Assembly (NCBI GenBank): GCA_044892505.1
Contig: CM097882.1
Location: forward strand, 53,320,001-53,384,000
Length of the DNA: 64,000 bases
Reading direction: 5' to 3'
From: Schmidtea nova
Taxonomy: Eukaryota
Shown piece after piece: positions 30,401 through 41,232 of the stretch. Made by a program: the position numbers and the translations under genes. The first letter of the stretch is position 1. Every line of letters begins with the position of its first letter. The notes under the pieces were generated by a model. The model had not been told where the DNA came from. It saw nothing but the letters and a program-made list of their open reading frames with translations, and ran no database searches.

Positions 30401-31604
30401 ACTTAAAACAATCATGTCTTCTGCCCTCTCAAAATGCCAGGAACCGTTCATAGATGAGGTGAATAAATTTAAAGAAAGATTTGAAGCATTTATTACCAAG
30501 CCTCCAAAAAGCAGAAATCAATTATGGTCTTTCTTGAAAATAAATAAACAAGTTTTTATAACTAATCGGTTTCTTTTAAATTCCTTTATATTTTTGAACT
30601 ATGTACCAATCCTCATCCTCTAAGTTAAGAAATAAATTGGCAACTATCCAGCCATCCAAATTTGGTTAAGTGCCATATAAACTGCTGTCATAACGATGAA
30701 ATGAAGTCATTCATTTTTATTCTATATTAAATCAACGACAAATAAAAAATACCTCAAAAACAATCTATTTGATATAAATCGTATTAATTGAGACATTTTT
30801 ATAAAGTCCAACTTAAGTGGACACGACTGTATTATATTTAATTTCATCAATTTAAAATTCAAAAATAAACAAACAGTGATTATTAAAACACTGATATATT
30901 TAATGATATCATAACTATAATAATTAATAAAAAAATCTCGTTTTATATTTGTAGCATTTTACTATATTTTCAATGTCAATGGGGCTAATGTTAAAGTTGG
31001 ACAAGAATCACTAGATAATAAATAAATAATATTAATGGAGCATTTATTGTGATTAATTTGTAGACATTCAATTTAAAATTTTTATGACTTTTTAGAATAA
31101 CCAAAGTGTAAAATATTCTTATATACTTAACAACAGTTCATACCATTCTGTGGAATATAAAGCTGGTTTTGATGTGTATTCAGTAAAAGAATTCAACAGA
31201 AAAGAAAAGTTAATCAATTTACAAAATGATGTTGCTACAGAAACAAAGTGAAAATTTACCAATAAAATAATAAAATAATATTTTGTAGATTAAGCAGTCG
31301 CTTTTTGGGATATACTGTAGATGAGTTTGATTGCATAATTCCAGAAATTCAAATCCCTGAATTGGCTATGAACGACTGGTTAGCACTAGTTGATAAAGGA
31401 GCTTACACCGATGTGCATAACGAATTACCGACGATATTTTGTTCAACAACAGCAATTCCGCATTATTATTGCATAACGAAAAAACATTTATCTTCTCTGA
31501 AATCTATTATTAGACAACGCAGCACTAACAACGAGAAAGTTCTGAAAATGACCAACAGAAATGACCTTTTTGATTCAATATCTGATAACTGTTTGGTTAT
31601 GTAA
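21436..31604 (+). CDS. ODC1/AZIN-like: Ornithine decarboxylase / antizyme inhibitor family protein (PLP-dependent fold III), 497 aa, 7 exons
   Basis: Exons 21436-21573, 21621-21911, 21957-22189, 25613-25919, 25962-26018, 31096-31247, 31289-31604, all GT-AG with consistent phases (1494 nt). Motifs PFFAIKCM, GFDCASWDEI, LLLRI, KKFGA, VGVCFHVGSG, LDIGGGF, CEPGAYF, LGYTVDEFD, DWLALVDKGAYT. Confidence 0.92.
26579..29400 (-). mobile_element. Internally deleted Ty3/gypsy-like LTR element in ODC-like intron 5
   Basis: Decayed gag (WFLDTFTIKKSI...ERFGSFEIRV, similar to the gag at 57475-57960), knuckle remnant CYCWGESNHLRFQC, protease remnant LWDT*AAITV (~27890-27920), GPY/F-like remnant near 27700, PPT AGGGGAAATTGGTA, then 3' LTR 27208->26579 (TGTTCGG...CCCAACA, with AATAAA). 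No RT/RNase H/IN core and no 5' LTR seen. Confidence 0.75.
29666..30829 (+). mobile_element. Decayed pogo/Tigger-like (Tc1/mariner) DNA transposon in ODC-like intron 5
   Basis: TIR CAGTCCTGCCCACTT / AAGTGGACACGACTG with TA on both flanks (29664-65, 30830-31). Internal remnant SL*NKVKSRTIENSFCSMGF resembles the DDE_1 C-terminal AWxxVxxxTIxNCFxxxGF motif. Confidence 0.75.
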
Positions 31605-32546
31605 AATTTAAAAGTTTAAAATCTACTACCTTAACAATTTTTTATTAGAATAAATATTTTCATTTTAAATTTTTAAAACAACAAAGCTTATATTTGTTGG
31701 GCTGGTGTAATCAGAAACTAAAGTAGTATAGACATTAGGAAAAACAGAAAAAATAAATTATTTAATCCATAGACACATAATCTCGTAAAGTTAAAACAAA
31801 ACCAAATATAAATATTCTAAAAGTAACTAGAATAAACTATAACTATATAATTTTCAAAGTTATCTCTTGTGCACAAATAAATTGTTGATTACGCCTAAAG
31901 GCATTTCAACGATAATTCTTGTTTAATTTTAACAAAAAAGAATATTTATGTGTGTGTGTGTAATTGTAATTATATATGTAAATATGTGTATAAAAAACCA
32001 TCAATGAGATGTAAACGAATTATAATCAAATAAATTTGATTTAAAAATAAAATGAATTGCAAAGCAGTTTCGGCAAATAAATCAAATAAAATTAGATTAT
32101 CGAGAGAGGTGAGTGACATTGCGTTGAAATGTATTGTGATTGCCATCAACAATGATTATGCACCAAATTTCGTATGCATGACTGCACCCGTGTTCGTTGT
32201 TTTACACGTAGTGTCAACAGAAAAAAAAGAAAAACATGTGTGATAGATGATTGAGTTTCACGGTTCAGTAGTCAAAGTGAATGGTAAATGGATTGTTAAT
32301 AATTGTTACACAAAAATAGCCAAAGAATGTTTCTAAAAACAGAACATAAACATTTTTTGGAAAATACGTGCATGCAGTCTCGACAGAGTTGGCATGTGAG
32401 CATGCACGTATTGTCCGAGCGACTGGTGTTGGGGGTCAGTAAGATGAGAGAAAACCGACAGAAAAGCCGCCGCATACACTCACAGTTTTACTAACAGTTG
32501 TATAGAAATCCCGCATCAGTAGTGTACACACCGACGTCAAAAACAG

Positions 32547-32554
32547 TATATAAA
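32547..32554 (+). promoter_or_regulatory. TATA box of LTR-like copy A
   Basis: AAAAACAGTATATAAAGGC, conserved as AAAAATAGTATATATAGGC in copy C (~50338-50356, -) within homologous flanks. Confidence 0.55.
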
Positions 32555-33420
32555 GGCATTAGAAATTCATAATTTCAACACTCAGAAAGAACACTTATTC
32601 TGAAACCAAATATTTGCAGTGCACTTTGAGGGATTCAGGAGAGATTCCGCCAGCCAGCTCTGATCATGTATATATTTTTATTTTTTTTAGCGAGTAATTG
32701 GATGTCTTTTATAAATGCTTCGGAATTGTTGCTATAAATTTTGCGATATTATTATAATAATATGATCTTACTGTACTGTGTTTTAATGAGTTTATATAAT
32801 TTATAGATGTTTATGTGCTTCATGGGAGCTATATGCTACTAGGGTGCAAGTCTGAGGTCATGGTGCCCAGAGGTTCCACACCCGGTGAGAGAGTAGACGA
32901 TGTATAAAATTTAATAGATACAAAGGTTTCCTGTTGATGAAGTTGCACATGGGTCGAGAAAATAAAAAAGAAATAGGTAGAAGTTGCGATAAATGTACAG
33001 TGAATTCGAGGTCACCGAGGTTATTAGGCATATTAACCTGGGGCAGAGAGAAAACAAATTACTAAAGCGAGTATACAAATTTTAGATAAAATATATGTAA
33101 CCCAAGGGGAAAGTTCCTACACCCTACATGCACCGAAACACAAAGTGACAGTAGTACAGCAGCAAACCATATGGACAGATTTTCCGTCAGTGGTTCCAAG
33201 CGAGCGAGCTAAGGATCGAAGTGATAACAACGGGAAATTAGAGATAAATAAAGGCCATAACGTAATCGACTAAATTACCCTAAGATACAATTACTGATCA
33301 GTGATAAATTGCGGAAGTTGCGTTAGAAATATTTTGAATGCTACCTAATTATTAAATAGCAAATATTGATTAAATTTTCGACGAAATTGACATAAGTGGT
33401 AATAAAAATAGCAAGCGCAA

Positions 33421-33556
33421 GACCTTCTATCGGCAGAACGAACCAAAGGGGAAAATAAATGGGAGTAGTTTCGGTGACGGAGCTCACCTGCCCATCAATT
33501 TTCCACCACCGTATGCAGTACCAACTTGACTAGTAGGGAATAGTCAAGGGTATACG
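33421..33556 (+). ncRNA. Conserved structured RNA domain (copy A)
   Basis: Hairpins at 33459-33495 and 33510-33556 preserved with compensatory substitutions in copies at 41097-41232 (-) and 49654-49792 (-). Transcription not demonstrated. Confidence 0.65.
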
Positions 33557-34065
33557 CGTGTAGTAGTCATTTTATGCAAGGTTATGGGTGAGGGATCCCT
33601 AGAACACAACATTCAAATATTTACAAACCCACCCACAAACCAGCATATTGGAAATTGAATAAATAAATAAATACTTTTGAGTTCCTTACCAAAATTGTTT
33701 CACAATTAATTTCAGTGTGTGTTCTCCTACTCCGAACGATTTTCGAGCTAACTCGGTTAAATTATAAACATATTCGCAACTGTTTCTCTACTACCTTGAT
33801 ATCTATTTCTAAATTTTGTACATTAATTTTCTCTAAATCTCATTGTGATATAATTAATGAATTGATTAAATGCATTAATTAGATTTTAATGAGTACGTTG
33901 TTTAAATATTAAGATTTGCGAGAATTATTTAATTTAATAAAGTTTTGGAATTATTATTCTAATCTTATTTAATTCTTATTTATTTAATCGTTGGAATCGC
34001 ATAAAGGTATTATTATTATATTTTTAATCTGTTAGAGATTTCAGATGAAACCATAAAAATATATC

Positions 34066-35460
34066 ATGGCGTCACGAAATGAAAAAGAATACTTGCAGGA
34101 ATACTTATTTAAAGATAAGTTATCAAAATTGATTATATTCAAGAAGCGAGGAACCAGCGTTAAAATTGAAGATCATTTGATTCTCGTCAAAAGTTTTTTT
34201 GATCAGTTTGCCAAACACAACTTGGTAACGGAAGATGAAAAAATTAAAGTATTTTTAAAATACTTTGACGAAGAAATAGTAAAAGAGATCGAATGCTTAG
34301 GAGACATTAGCACAGCCAGAACCATAGACTGGTACGAAGAAAAGATTCTCAAAATCGTAGAAGTTAAAAAGTCAAAGACCTCAATAATTATAGATATCCT
34401 CGACGACACCAGACAGGAAAGAGATGAGACTGTGGTAGATTTTGCGAAAAGATTAAGAATGCAATGCCTAAGTTACGAAGGCGAAAAAGAAAAAATGATG
34501 AGACATGCCTTTATAGAAGGTGTGAGAAACCAAACTCTCTCGGAAGCCTTGAAGATCAGAGAGCCAAAAACGTTGGAAGAAGCTATAGAAGAGATTAAAA
34601 TGGAGCACGTGGGCGTAAAAGAAAAGGAAAACGAGTATAATAAAGTTAGGAAACTGGCTACAACGGACGAAGGGACAATAAATTTTTTAAAAAGAGAAAT
34701 TGACAGGTTGAACAAGATTATTGAAGAATTAAGGAAAGAAAAATTGAGAAAACCGAATAAAAATCAGAGAGAAGTAAGAGAAGACATTTCTTCCTATCAG
34801 CAAAAGGTTACATGTTTTAAATGTAACAAAGAAGGGTATATAGCGAGATTTTGCCTAAAAAAAGATGACATTGGAAACATTGATACAAGGACGTGCTATA
34901 AATGTGGAAAAATGGGACATATAGGAGCGAATTGCAGAATAGGTACAAATAGGATGAATGCGATTAAATGTTACGAATGTGGTGGTGGTCATTTGGCTAG
35001 ATATTGTGACAAGAGGAATAAATTCAGATATTTTCAAGAAGAAGATGAAGAGGAAGAAGAAGGTTCAGCGAGAGGATCAAAGACCGATTCTGAAGGTGAC
35101 AAGCATGTAAATACTATAACAGAAGTAAGGTTTACTAAAGGGACGAAGAAACCAAAGGAACATTTAGAAGAAAAATATGCAAATTATATAAACAGTCAAG
35201 GGGAAAAACCAAAAAAACAGTTAAATAAATACCAGTCTACAATTATCTCTAGTAGTAGACCGGAAAAAGCGCGGAATAAACCAATAACTGAATGTTACAT
35301 TGGACATCGAATGGTTAAAGTTATGTTTGATATGGGTGCAGATTTAAATGTTATTAGCCAGGAGTTGACAGATAAACTAATAAACGCAAATCCAACCATA
35401 AAGATGTTTAATTCAAAAACAAGAGTTACATGTGCTAATGGAAGCTCAATCGATGTGTAG
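34066..35460 (+). CDS. gag: Gag with three CCHC knuckles fused to aspartic protease (464 aa ORF)
   Basis: CFKCNKEGYIARFC (H->Y), CYKCGKMGHIGANC, CYECGGGHLARYC. Protease motif MFDMGADLNVI (D-T/S-G altered to D-M-G). Ends in a premature stop. Confidence 0.85.
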   Translation: MASRNEKEYLQEYLFKDKLSKLIIFKKRGTSVKIEDHLILVKSFFDQFAKHNLVTEDEKIKVFLKYFDEEIVKEIECLGDISTARTIDWYEEKILKIVEVKKSKTSIIIDILDDTRQERDETVVDFAKRLRMQCLSYEGEKEKMMRHAFIEGVRNQTLSEALKIREPKTLEEAIEEIKMEHVGVKEKENEYNKVRKLATTDEGTINFLKREIDRLNKIIEELRKEKLRKPNKNQREVREDISSYQQKVTCFKCNKEGYIARFCLKKDDIGNIDTRTCYKCGKMGHIGANCRIGTNRMNAIKCYECGGGHLARYCDKRNKFRYFQEEDEEEEEGSARGSKTDSEGDKHVNTITEVRFTKGTKKPKEHLEEKYANYINSQGEKPKKQLNKYQSTIISSSRPEKARNKPITECYIGHRMVKVMFDMGADLNVISQELTDKLINANPTIKMFNSKTRVTCANGSSIDV

Positions 35461-36162
35461 GTCAAATCCAGCTAAACATAGCAATAGGACCGATTGTGAC
35501 AAGTCACATATTTGACATTATGTCAAATATATTCCCACATGTTTATATCGGGATAAGAAGTATGAAGAAGTATGGAATCATCATTAATGCACCAGAAGAC
35601 TGCATAGAGATCCAAGGAATTAGATTGCCATTCTTATCAAAAACTATTCCAGCGGCTTCTTTAAACGAATCCCAACTGTATTAGAGAGTCGTAATAAGGT
35701 TGAAGGGAGAGACGAGACTTGGGGAGACGGTTATCAGGATTATTATAGAGTTATTGTATCAAGTAACGTACAGATGGAAACAGTCGGAGAGTATTTTATC
35801 AGAGGAATGGCAATAGATAAGGAGAACAAGAAATTAGAGAATCTTAATCAAAGTTGTGTGTTTAATGGTGAAAGAGTCAAAATGGCAGAGAGAGACATTT
35901 TGATAAGTGATTACGTGTTTAAAGTTGATGAAGGATATGTATTAGAAAAATCGATATGATGGAAGGTGGTATTAAACAGTTGCATGCAGGAACAACTTTA
36001 GGTTTTATAGAAAGATTTTACGATAAAACGGCAGAAAAGGCTACTATTGGAAGTATGTCATCATCAGAATAGCGAAGAGAAATCACGGCAGTCGATAAAA
36101 ATTTACGAAGTATAGAAGATTCTTTATATCGTACTATTAAATATAGCGAAAGAAAAGAGTTA

Positions 36163-38723
36163 ATGAAAACAATAGAAGAAATTAAGGATGTTTTTAGTAA
36201 ATATAAAATGGATATTGGGAAAATTACATCAGTACATCATAAAATTGACACTGGGAACGCCCGGCCAATTTCTTTTAAACCGAGAAAGGTACCATTAGGT
36301 CTGGAGGAAGAGGTTGACCACATGGTACAAGATTTATTAAGAGCTGGAATTGTGAGACCGAGCAAGTCAGCGTGGAATTTTCCGATTGTGGTTGTAAGAA
36401 AAAAGAATGGTGATATTAGAATGTGTGTCGATTATAGGGCAATGAACGCAAAGACGGCAAGACCAATTTTTCCAATACCAGCTAGGGAAGATCTTTTTGA
36501 TACACTTGGAGGAGCTTATGAACATGGTCTTGAGAAATGAAAATTGGATTAAGTGTGTCGTATACTTGGATGATGTTCTTATATTTGGGAGAACCATCAA
36601 AGAACATAATCAAAGATTGAGCGCTGTATTACGCCGAATTAAAGAGTCAGGACTGAAATTATCACCAGCTAAGTGTTCATTTTAAAAACATAAGTTAATT
36701 ATTTAGGACATGTCATCAATGAGAATGGGCTAAAAACTGACCCAGAGAAAATTGAAAGTATACGTTCATGGACAATGCCAACATGTAAAAAAGAATTGCA
36801 GACCTTCTTAGGATTTTGAAATTATTACCGTAGATTTATAAAAGATTATACAGCGACATCAGAAAAATTGAGTTCAGTGTTAAAGAGTGAAAATAATTTT
36901 GTGTGGAATGAAAATAGAAAAGGAGCATTTTACGAACTTAAAATCAGACTGTCAACACCGCCGGTGATGAAGGGGAATATATACCGCCAAATAATGAAGG
37001 GGAATATATACTGGACACGGACGCTTCGCACAATAGTATGGGAGCCGTTTTGTCACAGCGACAAAATGGAGAAGAACGAGTTTTGTGTTATGCATCAAAA
37101 ACCATGAGTAAGAGTCAGAGAAAATATTGTATAACAAGAAAAGAACTATTGGTAATATATACGTTTGTGCTGAAATTTAAGCATTATTTGATGGGGTCAA
37201 AGTCTTTAGTGAGAACGGACCACCAAGTGCTGAAATGGTTATTGAAATGGGATAATCCAAACACATCACAATACTGTGTTTGGAGAGCCGAACTAGAAGT
37301 CTACGACATGGTTGTCGAATATAGAAAGGGCGAAGAACACATAAACGCTGATGCGATGTCCAGGTTACCTCCATGTGAACAATGCTTACTTAAGCATAAA
37401 GAACCGATGAAGCGTCGAAACGTAAAAGTATACGATGAATTAATAGATGTTAAAAGGACAGAAAACGACGATCTAGAATCAGAGCGGGTTATGTGTGAAC
37501 TGAAAGTACATGAACATGATTGGGGACAAGACGAGGATGTCGACATACAAACCATAATTAAAAGGATGAAACGTTGAGATTCTCAAAATGACAGAAACGT
37601 AGAAGAGATAAGAAGAGGCAGCAGAGAATTACAAACAATATGGGCACACAGAAAAAATTAAGGATAAGGGGCGATCTACTTTATATCCAGGAGGATAACG
37701 AATACAGATTGATACTCCCAAAATTAAAGAGGAAGAAATTAATAATACAATTTCACAGTTTTCTAGGACATCCCGGAATTGAAAAAACTTATCGAATAAT
37801 AAGGAATGAATATTATTGGCCTAATATGGAGTCTGATATATCAGAAGTAATAGGAAAATGTCAAGAATGTGCACATAACAAAAACAGAAACGGTAGAATA
37901 AGGGCACCATTTCAAAGCATAATTGGAGAAAAACCATTTCAGATAATAGCAATCGACATAACAGGACCGTTCAAGACAACACAGAAAGGATTTAGGTATA
38001 TACTGGGTATAATCGATTACTTTTCGAAATATATAAGTTTAATATCAATGAGGAATATCGAGACAGAGAATATTGCAGAAGCGGTGTGGTCGCAGTGGAT
38101 TTCAAAGTTTGGAGCACCAGAACAAAATACACTCAGATTGTGGAAGTACTTTCCAATCAAGATTGTTTGCCGAATACTGTAAAATATTAGGAATTAGGAA
38201 GACAGTTACCTCACCTTACTACCCACAGAGTGATGAACTGGTAGAACGACTATTTGGAACTGCAAAAGGTATGATTGCAGCGATGTTAGAAGAGAAGAAG
38301 AGCAAAAACTGGAGTGTAGTATTGCCGGTAATAGAGTTCGGATTAAGAACTACAATACAAAAGTCAACGAATTATTCACCATATGAAATAGTATTTGGAA
38401 ATCAAGCAAGATTACTCATATCAGCAATAAAGGTTAATACAAGATATTTTCAAGACTATGACGATTACGTCCAACAGCTGCAACTAAATTTATCAGATAT
38501 TCACAAGAAAGTAACGGAAAATATGGAGAAAAAAAGAGAGTGCATCGCCGCAAGATATAATCAGAATCGATGGCACAAAAAATTGATAGTAGGAGATAAG
38601 GTAATGATAAAGAATGAAGACAGAAGGGGTTTCGAGAAGAAGTATATAGGGCCATTCATAATAGAAGAAATAATGGATAAATGGATCCATGTATTATATA
38701 GTGACAAAGCTAAAAAAGAATAA
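36163..38723 (+). pseudogene. pol: pol remnants (RT, RNase H, integrase) with frameshifts, stops and an RT deletion
   Basis: PSKSAWNFPIVVVRKK, RMCVDYR, YLDDVLIFG, DTDAS, LVRTDHQ, HHCC (H..GHPG..CQEC), IAIDITGPF, IHSDCGSTF, YIGPF. RT jumps from DTLGGA directly to LMNMVL, so the motif block in between is missing. Confidence 0.9.
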
Positions 38724-39714
38724 GAAGAAATTATAATCAAATAAAAGTAGTAAATGACGAGGGAGATTCCTGTAGAGTAAAGCCAACCAACACTAGTATT
38801 TGGTCAAAGAAACCGAAGACCAATTTAAAACCGATGAGAAGGTACCCATTACGGACGACGAGAAATCAGAAACCTAAGTACCGTTCGGTTGCCAGCGAGA
38901 GGGATGTGATATAATTAATGAATTGATTAAATGCATTAATTAGATTTTAATGAGTAAGTTGTTTAAATATTAAGAGTTGGGAGAATTATTTAATTTAATA
39001 AAGTTTTGGAATTATTATTCTTATCTTATTTAATTCTTATTTATTAAATCGTTGGAATCGCATAAAGGTATTATTATTATATTTTTAATCAGTTAGAGAT
39101 TTCAGATATAACCATAAAATATATAACACTCGTTCAATTACTATCTCTCCTCTCAAATTCTCTACTAACTCATTCCAATTTCTACCTTTGCACTCTAAAT
39201 TATTATATGCTTGTAAGGCATGCGCTTTTAAATATAATTGAATCCGTCGTTTTAACTCATATTGTGTCCATCCCCAGACATCAGCGTATTGAGCAATTTC
39301 ATCAAAAAAATCATCAAACTTCTAAGGTCATCCTTTAAAATGTTCTACAGGTAAAGTTTTTATCAATATTTTACGATTAATATTGTCAGCATCTCAATTC
39401 TGCCAAATATTATGAATGTTATCATTATTCTTATTAATTTTCGCCATTCTATATATTATTGGATTTCGCAAATTATAAATTATCTCTGGTTCTCTATCTA
39501 TTTTAATATTTTATTAATATTCAAATTTTAATTTTAAGTTATCGAAATAATGATTCTTTAAAATGTCCAATAATTTTATTGAAATAAATCCCAATATTAA
39601 TTAATATAATCCTCTGATTGCAATTTCTATCCCCAATCGATATTATTTTAATTTATATAATTTAATTTATATATTTTAATTTATATCAACTTGATGATCT
39701 TATATAAATAAATA

Positions 39715-40030
39715 AGTCAACACTGGTTCGAAATAAATTTTATTTAATTAAGACAAATATAACAATTACCAAAATAAAATGATATCACATTCACCAGTCC
39801 AACTATCTCTGAGTCTGTGTTTTATATGTTATATGCGTGTTGTGTAGTGCTGAATGTGGCGCTAAGCTCGATATATTGTATGCTCTATTTTAAGGTTTTC
39901 AATAGCTGATAACAACTATGAAAAACTTTTTTAAGCAAAGATTTTACTGGTGATTAAACTGAAAATTTGTTCAATTATTTAGTAACTTTATGTTGCTCTT
40001 AATTTTAAATGGCAATGCTCGTCATCTGTC
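39715..40030 (-). repeat. Dispersed repeat, inverted homolog of 19350-19665
   Basis: See 19350-19665. High but imperfect identity judged by eye. Confidence 0.8.
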
Positions 40031-40798
40031 ACCAAATTTGTTTTTAAACAAAAATTTTTCTATTTTTAAAAGTTCAAAATAACGACTAAAATTTTTAGTG
40101 TCATCCCGTGTCTCAGCATCCTTGAGGTTAAAAATGTAGTGCTCTATATGAAGTTGATACTTATACATCATTAATAATATTAATTTTTTCATAAATTATA
40201 TCTACCTACTATTATTTATTTTTTTGTTTTAATTAGTGTATATAATTTACTATTTGAAACAATAATATCGATGCTATTATTCGATTTTCTTCTTTAACTG
40301 ATCGGGTATGTTAAAAAGAAGAAAGAGGAAGATTTTTCAAAGATTCATATTGTTGTGAGAAGAATAACATATATCAGTAACAATATATCTTTTTAAATTG
40401 TAACTAAAATTCGTTCTATATAAAATCTCCGAAAAAATTATATTTATTATTTAGTCTATAATGCTTGGTGTACAAATTATCTACTACTACTACTTATTCT
40501 TATTCTTATTCTTATTATTCTTATTCTTATTCTTATTACACTTATAATTNNNNNNNNNNNNNNNNNNNNNNNNNNNNNNNNNNNNNNNNNNNNNNNNNNN
40601 NNNNNNNNNNNNNNNNNNNNNNNNNNNNNNNNNNNNNNNNNNNNNNNNNNNNNNNNNNNNNNNNNNNNNNNNNNNNNNNNNNNNNNNNNNNNNNNNNNNN
40701 NNNNNNNNNNNNNNNNNNNNNNNNNNNNNNNNNNNNNNNNNNNNNNNNNNNNNNNNNNNNNNNNNNNNNNNNNNNNNNACCTTTGATCTTTTTTTATT

Positions 40799-40998
40799 AT
40801 TATTATCAATAATTCTCATAATGACTATAGATCAAAATTTTTTTTTATAAACAATAACACAATATTTCGGCACAGCCTTTATCAAGTGTGTATTTCAAGT
40901 GAAATACACACTTGATAAAGGCTGTGCCGAAATATTGTGTTATTGTTTATAAAAAAAAATTTTGATCTATAGTCATTATGAGAATTATTGATAATAAT
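40799..40998. repeat. Perfect 200-bp palindrome (99-bp arms, 2-nt AG loop)
   Basis: 40799-40897 is the exact reverse complement of 40900-40998. Confidence 0.95.
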
Positions 40999-41096
40999 GT
41001 TGGGATTGTGGAGGGGTTGATAAAGGTGTACATGTACGTTGGATTCTTCTAGGGATTCTCCGTCCACAGCCCCACATAACTATTATCGTCGACACG

Positions 41097-41232
41097 CATA
41101 TGCCCTTGACTATTCCCTACTAGTCAAGTTGGTACTGCATACGGTGGTGGAAAAATGATGGGTAGGTGAGCTTTGTTGCCAAAACTACTCCCCATTTATC
41201 TTCCCTTGGGTCCTTGCTGCCGATAGAAGGTC
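41097..41232 (-). ncRNA. Conserved structured RNA domain (copy B)
   Basis: Same hairpin architecture as 33421-33556, with G-U/G-C exchanges in the outer stem. Confidence 0.65.

Larger units (their letters stand above)
31695..33645 (+). mobile_element. Long (1951 bp) LTR-like non-coding element, copy A
   Basis: Begins TGTTGGG, ends CCAGCA, flanked by a 4-bp direct repeat TATT (31691-31694, 33646-33649). Multiple blocks homologous to 49569-50945 (-) and 40998-43480 (-). TATA box at 32547, AATAAA near 33400, structured block 33421-33556. No long ORF. Confidence 0.75.
33844..39128 (+). mobile_element. Full-length but decayed Ty3/gypsy LTR retrotransposon
   Basis: LTRs 33844-34066 and 38905-39128 (TG...CA, ~10 differences in ~223 bp). 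PBS-like TGGCGTCACGAA at 34067, PPT GAGAGGGA at 38897-38904, near-perfect 5-bp TSD CTCAT/CTCGT. Domain order gag-PR-RT-RH-IN. Confidence 0.95.
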
